Source: Octopus sinensis
Lineage: Eukaryota
Assembly: GCF_006345805.1 (NCBI RefSeq)
Contig: NC_043005.1
Coordinates: 12,028,001 to 12,092,000, forward strand
Length of the DNA: 64,000 nucleotides
Direction of reading: 5' to 3'
This document shows positions 11,846 to 25,346 of the stretch, one piece after another. The notes under the pieces were generated by a model, which saw only the letters and a list, made by a program, of their open reading frames with translations, had not been told where the DNA came from and did not search any database. The position numbers were made by a program, and so were the translations under genes. The stretch's first letter is position 1. Each line of letters opens with the position of its first letter.

Positions 11846-12678
11846 GAATATTGGTAATGTGGAGAGGGCGGGGACTGGTATGCTTGGGCGACTGCCGGTC
11901 TTCTATAAACAACCTTGCCCAAACTTCTGCCTTTACAACATATTTACATTTATCATGCAAATATAGATACTTACTAATACATATATTGGTATATTCTGGA
12001 ACTTTCAAACTTTTCCACTGGTAGTGAATTAATTTCCAGAAGACGTCAAGAAATACCTTTGACAATAGAAATTCAAGAATATAGCAATATAATGGAATAC
12101 ATTTGTAAGTCGAGGAGAGAGTTTGGAACTTTATAGAAATGCCAATATATTTAAGTTTGAATATTCTGTTCTGCTCTCCAGAAATAATTGGGCATAGGTG
12201 AAAATAACATAATGTGTGTATAAAAGTTGTTTTATCGAGAATTAGAAAAGAATATTCTTATACAAAGAAATGTTAAGAATTCACTGCAACACCAAAATTA
12301 CTATGTGAGCCATTAACACATTTGTTTTCGAGCCATTAAATATGATGGTGTAATATGGGCTTAGAAATTAACAGATCAATATTATAGAAATTAGAAACAC
12401 AAACACAACAAATATTTTAAAACAAAAGTATCACGTTCCGCAAATCTAATACCCAATGTTTCTAAATAGCACCAGGCATCAGACACAAATTTAAGAATGC
12501 TGTTATTAGTGTTTCCCACTATTTTTTCCAGCTCAGGGGAAAGCCCTTGAGATACCCTTCGACTTTATGATAATGAAAAGCAGCAAACCAATTATCATTA
12601 CAGCTACAAAATTTCAACTTAAATTGGATTATTTTCTGACTAGCGAACATCTAAACCTAAAACAGTAGCAAACACTAA

Positions 12679-12844
12679 CAGGAGTGGCTGTGTGGTAAGT
12701 AGCTTGCTTACCAACCACACGGTTCCGGGTTCAGTCCCACTGCGTGGCATCTTGGACAAGTGGCTTCTGCTATAGCCTCGGGCCGACCAATGCCTTTTGA
12801 GTGCATTTGGTAGACGGAAACTGAAAGAAGCCTGTCGTATATAT

Positions 12845-12880
<36 letters not shown>

Positions 12881-13100
12881 ATAAGTTTGTGTGTCTGTGT
12901 TTGTCCCCCCACCATCACTTGACAACCGATGCTGGTGTGTTTACGTCCCCGTTACTTAGCGGTTCAGCAAAAAGAGACCGATAGAATAAGTACTCGGCTT
13001 ACAAAAGAATAAGTCCCGGGGTCGATTTGCTCAACTAAAGGTGGTGCTCCAGCATGGCCACAATCAAATGACTGAAACAAGTAAAAGAGTAAAGAGTATA
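12679..13100 (+). mobile_element. Family A tRNA-derived SINE (CORE-like CTTGGRCAAG motif, internal (TA)n(TG)n)
   Basis: A/B-box head CAGGAGTGGCTGTGTGGTAAG...GGTTCAGTCCC; (GTAAAAGA)n tail; more than 10 paralogues in the window. Confidence 0.9.
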
Positions 13101-13405
13101 CTGATTGAACAAAAATATTACGACATATGTATTATCGAAAAGTAATACTTATCTCCACTTAGAAGTGAATGTTCTATTAGAGAAAACTTTACGACGGTAG
13201 TTACCAAGAAAGACACTTTTGTGTAGGTTTTTGGGTACAAAATGTACACTTGATTATATTGCGAGCGGGGAGATAAATCCCTGAAAACATGATTCAAAAC
13301 ATAAAAAAATATGCTTGACACGGCAATTAATTCCAAGAACTGAACAGTCCACACGAAAGCGAAAAATTAACTCTGGCCTGGATGAACAAATCTAGAGTGA
13401 ATATT

Positions 13406-14280
13406 TATTTCTGTATTGTCCACAGAGGCTAAACATAGAGGGGACAAACAAAGGGATTCAGCCGATTACATCGACCCCAGTGCGTAACTGGTAACTATTT
13501 AATCGACACCGAAAGGATGAAAGGCAAAGTCAACCTCGGCGGAATTTGAACTCAGAACGTAATGGCAGACGAAATACCTATTTCTTTACTAACCACAAGG
13601 GGCTAAACACAGAGGGGACAAACAAGGACAGCAAAACAGATTAAGTCGATTATATCGACCCCAGTGCATAACTAGTACTTATTTAATCGACCTCGAAAGG
13701 ATGAAAGGCAAAGTCGACCTCTTCGGAATTTGAACAGAACTTAGCGGCAGACAAAATACCTATTTCTTTATTACCCACAAGGGGCTAAACACAGAGGGGA
13801 CAAACAAGGACAGACATAGGTATTAAGTCGATTACATCGACCCCAGTGCGTAACTGGTACTTGATTTATCGACCCCGAAAGGATGAAAGGCAAAGTCGAC
13901 CTCGGCGGAATTTGAACTCACAACGTAACGCAGACAAAATCCCATTAAGCATTTCGCCCGGCGTGATAACGATTCTTATTTCTTTATTGCCCACTTGGGG
14001 CTAAACATAGAGGGGACAAACAAGGACAGCCAAACGGATTAAGCCGATTATATGGACCCCAGTGCGTAACTGGTACTTATTTAATCGACCCCGAAAAGAT
14101 GAAAGGAAAAGTCAACCTCGGCGGAATTTGAACTCAGAACGTAGCGGCAGACGAAATACCGCGAAGCATTTCGTCCGGCGTGCTAACGTTTCTACCAGCT
14201 CGCCGCCTTTGTACAGACGGACGAAATGCCGCTAAGCATTTTTTGACCGGTGTGCTCACGATTCTGCCATCTCGCTGCCT
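13406..14280 (-). mobile_element. Head-to-tail array of four family B SINE units plus an extra head fragment
   Basis: Units at 13406-13578, 13579-13760, 13761-13976, 13977-14204; head fragment ~14213-14280. Confidence 0.9.
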
Positions 14281-14297
14281 TCCCACACAACCAATAT

Positions 14298-14628
14298 AAA
14301 AAAAAAGACTCCGCCGGTTACGACGACGAGGGTCCCAGCTGATACGATCAACGGAACAGCTTGCTCGTGAAATTAACGTGCAAATGGCTGAGCATTCCAC
14401 AGACACGTGTACCCTTAACGTAGTTCTCGGGGATAATCAGCGTGACACAGAGAGTGACAAGGCTGACCCTTTGAAATACAAGTACAACTCATTTTTGCCA
14501 GCTGAGTGGACTGGAGCAACGTGAAATAAAGTGTCTTGCTCAAGGACACAACGCGTCGCCGGGAATCGAACTCACAACCTTACGATCATGAGCCGAATGC
14601 CCTAACCACTAAGCCACGCGCCCTCACT
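14298..14628 (-). mobile_element. Family D SINE (head GTGAGGGCGCGTGGCTTAGTGG, CORE-like CCTTGAGCAAGACAC) with a family C-type tail
   Basis: 13-bp TSD ACACAACCAATAT at 14285-14297 and 14629-14641; near-identical to 19152-19436. Confidence 0.9.
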
Positions 14629-14956
14629 ACACAACCAATATTATCCCAAGGAAAAGCAAATGCTGATACAGCTTAGCACCAGTGACGTGGAAACTCATTT
14701 CTACCGTGAATGAACAGGAGAAACGTGAAATAAAGTGTCTTGCTCATATGTATTTGTGTGTGTGAACGTGCGTGTGTGTGTGTGAGTGTGTGTGCAGGCA
14801 GGTATCTATGAGTACGGCGAGCTTACACACAGTTTTCATCTACAAAAATATTGGTCGGCCGCGATCTACTGTAGAAGATATTTGCTCAAGCTGTTGCGCC
14901 GTAGGAGTCAATTCCACCTCCTTAACCACAAAGCCGTTCCTCCACCTATATATACG

Positions 14957-14989
<33 letters not shown>

Positions 14990-14991
<2 letters not shown>

Positions 14992-15245
14992 CCAGGAAAG
15001 ATTGTTTATGGAAGACTGGCAGTCCCCTATATATACCAGCCTCCACTCGCCATACCACTGATGTTATTCGAGGGAAGGGAAAACGCCGATACAGTTTGGC
15101 ACCAGTGACGTCGCAACTCATTTCTACAGGTGAGGTTTACTGGAGGGACGTGAAATAACGTGTCTTGCTCAAGAACACAACACACAGCCCGGTCCGGGAA
15201 TCGAACTCGCTACCTCGTGATTGTGAGCCTGACAGTCTGACCGTC
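14990..15245 (-). mobile_element. Family D SINE with an alternative tail (T3); a T3-type fragment also lies at ~14642-14745
   Basis: B box GAGTTCGATTCCC, CTTGAGCAAGACAC, then AAATGAGTTGCGACGTCACTGGTGCC...; homologous to 29956-30146. Confidence 0.75.
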
Positions 15246-15260
15246 ACTATATATATATAC

Positions 15261-15309
<49 letters not shown>

Positions 15310-15540
15310 ATATATAATATATATATATATATGTATGTATGTGTGTATGTATGTTTGTATGTATTGAAATAGATGCATATATATATGTATATATATATAA
15401 ATAGATATATATATATGTACACATATACATAAACATATGTAGATATACCTATATATATATACACATATACATATATATATATATATAATATATATATATA
15501 TATACGTACATACAAATACATACGTATGTATGTGTGTATA
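15245..15540. repeat. Long degenerate (TA)n tract; comparable tracts at 30448-30760, 44820-44975, 57290-57780 and 59730-59915
   Basis: Directly visible. Confidence 0.95.
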
Positions 15541-16696
15541 GACACAGAATGAGAACATACTGTGATAGAGACAAAGAGTTATATGCAAGACATCTGCACA
15601 CACATATACCAATATCCACATATTAAAAATAAACTTTGAATTATGAAGAAGCAGAAATATTTTACAAGAAATATTTGAAGTAACATATCTTCGGATTAAA
15701 TTTATTTTCATTGTTAAGCGATGTTATCGTTATATATTATATAATTATTCTTCTTGAATTTTGACCGAATGAAATAATTTCATTTTATTTTTTTCATTTA
15801 TCAGAACTAGCAAAAATGTAATTATATATTTATGGCTCCCAAAAGTGAATTACATCTGTATATTTTATATATTATATAATATGTACATAGATTTACATGA
15901 AATGAATTCAAAGTTTTCTTCTAACCCAGAATATAATTTCACAACGAAATCTTTATAGCTGGAATAAATAAAACGAAACAGTTTTCACTTTTGAGTAATG
16001 TCGTACTTTGTTAAAGGAGATAAGTTTGAAATGACTTTATAGCTAATTTATAGTCATTTGATAACCTGAAAACATCTATGCTGGATATTTGCTGCATTAT
16101 TTGACAATTATCTTTAACGTCTGTGAAAAATATTTCCTGCAGACAATAACATTAGACATTGAAACATCCATCAGTTTTACGAGATATTATACTTTCAAGA
16201 AATGTTACAAATTTTCTTTCCTTTTTATCTATTTAATAGTCTAACTTGGTAGTTCAGTATGATTGTGCTATATTCTGTACTCAATTGCATTTAAGTCGAT
16301 ACAAGTTAACGTTTCCTGTATGTGTTTTATGTTAGAGTGTGGGGGTTAAAAGGGATGCGGAATATATATCATTATGCCTTTGAGGATACAACAGTCTGAG
16401 AATGATTTCAGTTTAGAGAAATTACTGAAATAACCTCAAAATTTGAACATGATTGGTAGGAACTTTATCTTGAATGATTCAATAAATATGACTAAAATAT
16501 GGTACCAACCAATTGGTTATATTACCATTGTTGTATATGCATAAAATGCTTACAATATACTTGTTATTCAATAATTTGTAGCCACTGGAAAAACATTAAT
16601 AGTGAAGGAGACAATCGTAATATCTATGAATTGAATGTTGTTCATACTCGCTCATAATATATATATATATATATATATAATATATATATATATATA

Positions 16697-17111
16697 TACT
16701 CTTTACTCTTTACTCTTTTACTTCTTCCAGTCATTTGACTGCGGCCATGCTGGAGCACCGCCTTTAATCGAGCAACTCGACCCCGGGACTTATTCTTTGT
16801 AAGCCCAGTACTTATTCAATCGGTCTCTTTTGCCGAACCGCTAAGTGACGGGGACGTAAACACACCAGCATCGGTTGTCAAGCAATGCTAGGGGGACAAA
16901 CACAGACACACAAACACACACACACACATATATATATATACATGTATACGACAGGTTTCTTTCAGTTTCCGTCTACCAAATCCACTCACAAGGCATTGGT
17001 CGGCCCGGGGCTATAGCAGAAGACACTTGCCCAAGATGCCACGCAGTGGGACTGAACCCGGAACCATGTGGTTGGTTAGCAAGCTACTTACCACAGAGCC
17101 ACTCCTGCGCC
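16697..17111 (-). mobile_element. Family A SINE, full length
   Basis: Reverse complement of GGCGCAGGAGTGGC... through the (AAAGAGTA)n tail. Confidence 0.9.
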
Positions 17112-17124
17112 TATATATATATAT

Positions 17125-17823
17125 AAAACAAAAAAATGGGACAAATGGGACAAGAACGCAAAACATCCGGTGATACAAAAATGGACAACAAAACATCCAG
17201 ATAGACGATATAAAATAAAAAGAAGGACGGGTCATTCGAAGCCATCTCTCCTCAGACAAGCACCAGATTATTCTCGCAATTTCGGCTAATTATTCTTGAG
17301 ATTGCGCCAATCTGGCCAGCCCCAAGGAAAACTAAGCTAAAAGCATTAGATTGTTTGGAAGAAAGCAGCGAATGTATACAAGGACGAAAAAAACGGACAA
17401 ATTTACACAAATATAAACACAATAATAAATACAATAAAAATAATAACAAGACATAACAACAGGTCTCTTTCGACTATAGACGATTTGAATTAAGTTGGCG
17501 CGTGTGGGAATGAAGCCTAGAAAGAAAGAACAGGCTAGGTTGACCGGCGGTCAAGTGGGAAGTGAAGAGAGAGAAGTAGAAGCAGAGGGACAGAAGTATT
17601 AAGGAGGGGCGAGAAAATGGACAGGGCCTCAGTGAAGTGAAAAGTGGAGAGAAAGGGAGTAAGAAGAGAAGGCAAAGAAATGAGAGAGAGAGGAAACGAA
17701 AGAACGAAGAGTGGAATGAACGAATAAGCGTGAAAGTGGTGATAGACAGACAGAAATAGAGTCGTACAAGATTTAGAAAAATGTGTACTTACTATAAGAG
17801 AGCAAGTTGTACGTACGCCGCTG

Positions 17824-17873
<50 letters not shown>

Positions 17874-18120
17874 AACATACAAAATGGGACAAGAACGCAA
17901 AACATCCGGATAGCTAGGTGATACAAAAAGGGACATCAAAACATCCAGATAGACGATACAAAGAAAACAAGGACGACTCATTCGAAGGCCTCTATCCTCA
18001 GTCAAGCACCAGATTATCCTCGTAATTTCGGCTGATTATTCTTGAGATTGCTCCAATCTGGCCAGCCCAACGAAAGCACTAAGCTAAGAGCATTAGATTC
18101 CTTGGAAGAAAGCAGCGAAT
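17125..18120. mobile_element. Two adjacent copies (17125-17822, 17875-18120) of a dispersed repeat family, also at ~23000-23500; possibly Penelope-like terminal fragments
   Basis: Shared block ...CATTCGAAG...CAAGCACCAGATTAT...AATTTCGGCTRATTATTCTTGAGATTGC...AAGCATTAGAT... in all three copies, each abutting (TA)n. The class is an inference. Confidence 0.5.
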
Positions 18121-18122
18121 TT

Positions 18123-18158
<36 letters not shown>

Positions 18159-18165
18159 CACATAT

Positions 18166-18512
18166 ACGAGGGTGAGTTAAAAAGTAATGCCATTTGTCAT
18201 ACATCAAGACGAAGCTGGTCCTCTGTGGATCACATCCCTACTTCTCAACATAGCCACGGTTTCTCTCAATAGCAATGTTCCACCTTCGAATGAGAGCATG
18301 TATCCCTGCCCCGTAAAATTCTGCTGACTGTTCTTAGATCCACTTCTTCACTACCTCCACACTCACCAGATTTAGCACCTTCAGACTATCTTCTCTTCGG
18401 CGCCACGAAAGTGGTTTTGAGAGGCAAATGTTATTCCAGTGACGTGGAAGAGAAAACTGCCGTGAAGAAATGGCTCAAAGAAATGTTAACAGAATTTCAC
18501 GGGGCAGAGATA
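18166..18512. mobile_element. Two mariner C-terminal fragments in opposite orientation
   Basis: TA|CGAGGG end at ~18166. Minus 18240-18355 reads ...KKWI*EQSAEFYGAGIHALIRRWNIAIERNRGYVEK*; plus from 18357 reads PHSPDLAPSDYLLFG...VKKWLKE. Confidence 0.8.
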
Positions 18513-18704
18513 TCTTCTCCTTTTTATAATCGTTTATATATTTCATGAACGCAGAGAAGTAATAAAAATATATGTAAACAATTTTGGTGAATTCTATTCT
18601 GTGTTTTATATGTAAAACAAAATATAAACATAGATCCAAATTGTTTGCGTTTCTCAAGGAACGTAGGACATATATTCCGAAAGTTAAGTATCAATGCATT
18701 AGAA

Positions 18705-19048
18705 CTGGTTTTCAACCGGGCTCCGCATGGCCCCTGAGGGACCATATAAAATTTTATGGTTTCCAAAATAGTAAAATGAGGATCAATAATAGCATTTGAA
18801 GGGCCCCTTAAAAATTCTGCTTCAGATGAATGTATTGGTATGTAGTGCAAGAAACAGCTAGGCAACAAATAGCTATAGCGGTTTACGTAGTTCAACCTAC
18901 ACAAGTTAATGTGTGGAAAACAAAACAGGTATTTTGAAAGAAGTTTCTATAAAACTAGCTTTTAAACATCGAATGGCTATTGGGGTTCACTAGAATAAAA
19001 TCGTAACCAAAGGGGTCCGTAAATATAAAAAATTGTTGAAAAACCCTG
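18705..19048. mobile_element. hAT-type MITE
   Basis: Degenerate TIRs CTGGTTTTCAACC / TTGTTGAAAAACCCTG; flanking 8-mers CATTAGAA (18697-18704) and CGTTAGAA (19049-19056) match at 7 of 8. Confidence 0.5.
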
Positions 19049-19151
19049 CGTTAGAAGCTTGATTTTTTTTTGCATCTGGGAAAATATAAGATGTTTCAGC
19101 AGTATGCTTCAGCAGAGCTGACAGCGTTTTGTGTTTTAGTCATGTCAATAT

Positions 19152-19436
19152 CTAAAAGACTCCGCCGGTTACGACGACGAGGGTCCCAGCTGATACGATC
19201 AACGGAACAGCTTGCTCGTGAAATTAACGTAGTTCTCGGGGATAATCAGCGTGACACAGAGAGTGACAAGGCTGACCCTTTGAAATACAAGTACAACTCA
19301 TTTTTGCCAGCTGAGTGGACTGGAGCAACGTGAAATAAAGTGTCTTGCTCAAGGACACAACGCGTCGCTGGGAATCGAACTCACAACCTTACGATCATGA
19401 GCCGAATGCCCTAACCACTAAGCCACGCGCCCTCAC
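19152..19436 (-). mobile_element. Family D SINE with C-type tail and a ~40-bp internal deletion
   Basis: 11-bp TSD CATGTCAATAT at 19141-19151 and 19437-19447. Confidence 0.9.
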
Positions 19437-19877
19437 CATGTCAATATAGGTCAGTATTCGTTAACATGTCGGGTAAAATAATTATTGGTATCTCTTACAA
19501 ATGCCGCCGAAGTTGGCTTCGCGGTTCATAAATTAAGTACCGGTTGAATTCTGGGATTACTGTAGTTGACTCCTACCCTCACCCGCGTGTTTTGGCCTCG
19601 TGCTAAAATTTGATACCAATATGCATCAAGATTACTTAATCACTAAAACCTGCATTGATCCGTTGAGAAGAGATTTCATAAGCAGAATATAATTCGAATT
19701 ACTGAAGATAATTATGAGCTGAAATATAACTGAAATTTCATCAATTTAAGTTGGTGTGCATGTACATAACATAAAAACTAAACAAGAGGGGAAACAAGAA
19801 CATATCAGATAGCACACACACACATACACATATACACACACACACATACACACACATACACACACACATACACACAT

Positions 19878-19914
<37 letters not shown>

Positions 19915-19918
<4 letters not shown>

Positions 19919-19943
19919 GATAGATAGATAGATAGATAGATAT

Positions 19944-20035
<92 letters not shown>

Positions 20036-20255
20036 GTTTCTTTATTGGCCACACAGGGCTGCACACAGATGGGATAAGTTACTAGGTAGAGCTTTTCTTT
20101 TGGGGGAGTAAAAAAAAAAAGTTGGCGTAGGTTTTCGATCAAAAGGGATCGTATAAGGGAAAAAAGAACAAAAAAAGAAAAAAAGAAAAAAAAGGAAAAG
20201 AAAAGAAAGAAAAAAGGGAAGAGGAACAAAAGAAAATAAAAATGAAAAAAAAAGT

Positions 20256-20320
<65 letters not shown>

Positions 20321-20360
20321 GTAGGTAGGTAGGTAGGTAGGTAGGTAAGTAGGTAGGTAG
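19915..20360. repeat. (AGAT)n/(AGAC)n/(AGGT)n tetranucleotide tracts (19915-20035, 20257-20360); another at 61547-61628
   Basis: Directly visible. Confidence 0.95.
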
Positions 20361-21682
20361 ATACACATACACACACATGCAAAAATATATATGTATATAT
20401 ATTTCAGGTCACTTTACTTCCAATCTCTCGCAGAACGACCGATTACTGAGAAACTCCCATGTTTGAGACTCTATGAACAGAGAATGAATGTTTTTACTAT
20501 AATGTAATGTATACATTTCAACTGTCATGTATTTGCATATAGGCACTTCGTGTCAACGAAATATATAGCGATCTACATTTTAAAAAATGCGTTTTTAAAG
20601 CGAAACAACATTAGCCTTTAACGTAATCTATTCCCCCTTCTCTCTCTCTCCTTTTCTCTCTCTCTAATGTTTAAACAATTCTCTTGGAAATTCTCGTGCA
20701 AAATCGGAGAGGTTAATATTCGAATTACTCATCTTATGATTTGCAACTCTAAATATGCTATTTCCTTTCACTTACATTATACAACGTATTGGTTCCAAAT
20801 AGTACCTTTTTCTTTATGTTTTTAAGTAGGAAGCTATTTTTCATTTTTGTTTTTCTTTCAACCCTTAACCATCTTATATATTTTTTTAATTTGTTATTTA
20901 TATATTTTAGCATTAGTCTATTCTATTGCTTTGAAATTCTAATGGCAAATACTCTTGCTACAACTAGGCAATAACAGACAAATATTCAGTGGAATAGATA
21001 GGATGTGGAATGTGATGGGCAGTGAACATCATCTCTTTTATCTTTTGAGAACCATTCGGTCTGGAACTAAATATAGGCAATAAAATAATACTAGAAAAAT
21101 GTTTTTTTTTTTTTTTTTAAGTTGTACTAACTATAACACGAACACGAACAAATACACAAACACATACTCGCACGCACGCATACACGCATACACACACTCA
21201 CACACACAGGTATTGGCATGAGTTCAAATGTCAGTATGTATGGTTGTATGTGTGTGTTGATAAATTGCATAAAACAAATGTATCAATATATACACAGACA
21301 CAAATATATACATGCAAAACACCTAAGTAAAATTTTGTAACGATATATATCTTTATGCTTGTGTGTGTGTCAGTGTGTGTGTATGTGTGCGTGTGTGTGT
21401 GTGTGTGTGTATGTGCGTGTGTGTGTGTATATGTGTGCGTGTGAATACAGCGTGTGTACAAATATACGTACCGTTTAGAATGAGAGGATCAATACTGTAT
21501 GTATAGTAAAATTCATTTAGGAATTGGAATGGTTAATATATTCCAGTTACTATGAGTGTCAACGCTCGATTTCCAGATTGTGTTACTTTGGAAATTTCTT
21601 GGCTCTGAAGAATGGAAGTTTTTTTCTGAAAAATATTGTTTCATAATTTATGTGCAGAATCAGTTACTTTGTAGTGTTTGGC

Positions 21683-22041
21683 ATCACGTGGAGGCGCAAT
21701 GGCCCAGTGGTTAGGGCAGCGGACTCGCGGTCGGAGGATCGCGGTTTCGATTCCCATTGTGAGTGCTTATTGAGCGAAAACACCTAAAAGCTCCACGAGG
21801 CTCCGGCAGAGGATGGTGGTGAACCCTGCTGTACTCTTTCACCACAACTTTCTCTCGCTCTTTCTTCCTGTTTCTCTTGTACCTGTATTTCAAAGGGCCA
21901 GCCTTGTGACATTCTGTGTGTCACGCTGAATCTCCTCGAGAACTACGTTAAGGGTACACGTGTCTGTGGAGTGCTCAGCCACTTGCACGTTAATATCCCG
22001 AGCAAGCTGTTCCGTTGATCGCAACCGACGGAGTGCTCCTA
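21683..22041 (+). mobile_element. Family C SINE, full length
   Basis: Head GTGGAGGCGCAATGGCCCAGTGG; 11-bp TSD TAGTGTTTGGC at 21672-21682 and 22042-22052. Confidence 0.9.
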
Positions 22042-22168
22042 TAGTGTTTGGCTGGATTTAAACACCGCTTATAAAGATAGTGATGTGTTTTAGTTGTTAG
22101 CAAAGAGTTCCTTGATATTCAGTGGCGAGAAAAAGAGGGAGGAGAACGAGAGAGAGAGAGAGAGAGAA

Positions 22169-22201
<33 letters not shown>

Positions 22202-22291
22202 GGCTGAGATGCAGTCAGACCGACAGACAGGTAAACAGAAAGACAGATAAACAGACAGAGAGAAAGGCAGGAAGTAAGGATGGATATAGGT

Positions 22292-22700
22292 TCTCTTTAC
22301 TCTCTTTTACTCTTTTACTTGTATCAGTCCATTGACAGCGGCCACGCTGGAGCACCGCCTTTAATCGAGCAACTCGACCCCGGGACTTATTCTTTTGTAA
22401 GCCCAGTACTTATTCTATCGGTCTCTTTTGCCGAACCGCTAAGTAACGGGGACATAAACACACCAGCATCGGTGTGTCAAGCAATGCTAGGGGGACAAAC
22501 AGACCCACAAACCACACACCACATATATATATACATATATACGACAGGCTTCTTTCAGTTTCCGTCTACCAAATCCACTCACAAGACTTTGGTCGGCCCG
22601 AGGCTATAGCAGAAGACACTTGCCCTAAATGCCACGCAGTGGGACTGAACCCGGAACCATGTGGTTGGTAAACAAGCTACTTACCACACAGCCACTCCTG
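22292..22700 (-). mobile_element. Family A SINE
   Basis: Collinear with 16697-17111. Confidence 0.9.
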
Positions 22701-23544
22701 ATAAAGATTCTTCATATAATTGAATATAGCTTTATTATTTTATTGGAAAAGATATAGGAGAGTAGCCGCACCGGAGCAAGCCCTACGTTGGTCGGATACG
22801 GAGTCATTTTCGGTTTGGTATTTATTGCATCAATCGGTTTTATATGAACCGCTAAATTGCACCACATAAAAAATTTGGAAGAACACGATGAAAGCTTGCA
22901 CGTACATGTATATGCACATGACCAAATATATGTATGTATGCATGTATGCATGTATGTATGTATGTATGTATATATATATGTATATATATATATATATATA
23001 TAGGTAAACAGTAAAATATAATTACAGACATGGACAAGAACATGAAACACCACAGAGACGACACAAGAACCACAGGACGGGACATTCGAAGCCCTCAGTC
23101 ATCAGTCAAGAACCAGATCATCTTAGCAATTTCGGCTGATTAATCTTGAGATTGCTCCGATATGGCCAGCCCGCCAAGGGAAATCTAAGCCAAGCGCATT
23201 AGATACCCTGGAAGAAAGCTTCGAATGTATACAACACGAGGACGAAAACGAACGAAGTACACAAACAAAAATACAGAATACGTGACACCAATAAGATACA
23301 AAAACGTAAAAACAATAACGGTAAAAATAAAAAAAACAACAAAACAAAACCAGGACGTAGACAAGGTCTTTCGACAGGACGAGTTGAGTATAGGGCTGGC
23401 TTGTGAAGTTGTGCCTAATGGCCGCGGGGAGACGAACAAATACGTGTTGCTTCTGCGACTGATGAAACGAAAAGAGCGCTCAACAGCGGCTAGCGGTCAC
23501 GTGATATTATATATATATTATATATAATGTATATATATATATAA

Positions 23545-23772
23545 GGCGAGCTGGCAGAAACGTAGCACGCCGGGCGAAATGCGTAGCCGTTTTTGTCTGC
23601 CGTTACGTTCTGAGTTCAAATTCCGTCGAGGTCGACTTTGCCTTTCATCCTTTCGGGGGGTCGATAAATAAAGTACCAGTTACGCACTGGGGCCGATGTA
23701 ATCGACTTAATCACTTTGTCTGTCCTTGTTTCTCCCGTCCATGTCTAGCCCCTTGTGGCCAATAAAGAAATA
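23545..23772 (+). mobile_element. Family B SINE, single unit
   Basis: GGCGAGCTGGCAGAAACG... to AATAAAGAAATA. Confidence 0.9.
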
Positions 23773-24656
23773 TATATGTATGTATGTATGTATGTATATA
23801 TATTTATATATGTTCCAATTATTTATATTAATGCTTTTATAATTGTATTCTTATCTTATATGTATTGAATTTTAATGTATATATGTATGTTATTACGCTT
23901 CTCGTTTTGTTAAATAAATAAGTCAACATTCTAATATCCCGAGGCTGATGAAACAACTAAATTGTTCTTCTCCTTTTTCTTACTTGTATTATTATATAAT
24001 ATATATATATATATATCTTTATATATAATATATATAATATATATATATATATTATATATAATATATATTATATATATATATATATAATTCAGCATCTTAA
24101 TATTATGTCGTGGCTTGTCAAACATATGACAATGAAATTACTAAAACACGATAATACCGGAATAAAGTTTGTATGAGTTTAGGAATTTAGGAACTATATA
24201 CATACATAATACATACAAACGTACAGAAAATATGAAAGCAAATAGAATGCGCGAGACATTTTATTATTCACATCGATCGTTGCGACCCATCGTGTACCGG
24301 TGCCTCGCGAGTAAGATGCTGGTGCATTATAATTGCTGGGTGCGGCGGGACTCATGTACATGTTTGTATGTTTGTGTATGTGCGCGGTTTTGCATGTGTA
24401 AGTGCGTGGACTAATGTATGTATATATGTACATGCATATATGCATGTGTGGATTTTTGTCAGTGAACAGGTCGCGGTCTTCAAGCGACGAACATATTTTG
24501 ACAAATTAAACTTAAATGTTGAAGTGAATCGAACGGCTTCTGTGTGTTTCTTAAATGGCTCACAAACACCTTCCGCGCTGCAATTGTTTTCGTTTCAGCA
24601 ACGATCTCAGATAAAATCACTTGCTATGCGAGTACATCTCCGTAATATATATATAC

Positions 24657-24691
<35 letters not shown>

Positions 24692-24756
24692 GATATATAT
24701 ATATATATATATATAGATATATATAAGATAATAATAATAATAATATAATAATAATA

Positions 24757-24788
<32 letters not shown>

Positions 24789-25346
24789 TAGTAATTTAAT
24801 ATGACAGCAGCGTGCAATCTTTTACAAAAAAGGAAAACTATATTTGTCACTAAATATAACTAGGATATTAGAAAGACTACATTGCTAGAAATAAGAGCTA
24901 AAAAGCTCTACTGTTGTAGATAAATCACATCATTGTATACATATGTAGTGACAAGGCGTGTGATCATGCGAAAGCAACCAGTCGAGAATTCTCTCGCCCA
25001 ATCCCGTAGCCCAGCAGTAGGGACCGCTCGACTCGTTTTTTTTTTTTTCGGAGTTGCTTCAGTGTCTGTACATATGCCGGTGCTTTCGGGTGATTGCATT
25101 CCCTGGCAATACATACCTTCCTATAATGGGCGTTATGTCTGTCTGTCCGTTTGTCCTATTTCTGTGTCTCTGTCTGTTCCCTCTTCGCGATCAAACGGCT
25201 GGACCAAAGGTTACGATGTTTTTCGGGATCACGAAGGAGTTAACCAGAAATGTTTTTAAATGTGATAAAAATGTGAAAAAGTGTGATTATTTAATGGATA
25301 TTGAGTTTTGTATTCATAAACAACCTTTTATTTATTTTGTTAAAAT

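Noticed and set aside
21688-21760. tRNA-like sequences at SINE heads (families A-E)
   Set aside because: They have A/B boxes but no intact cloverleaf or acceptor stem, and continue into SINE bodies; not tRNA genes.
23070-23112. CTGATGA/CTGAGGA...CGAAT...GTC motif in the 17125/17875/23000 repeat family
   Set aside because: Reads GAAT instead of GAAA in all three copies, with no consistent stem I or II; not called as a hammerhead.
23455-23485. CTGATGA-AAC-GAAA followed by the palindrome GAGCGCTC
   Set aside because: No stem II, no NUH site and no stem I.
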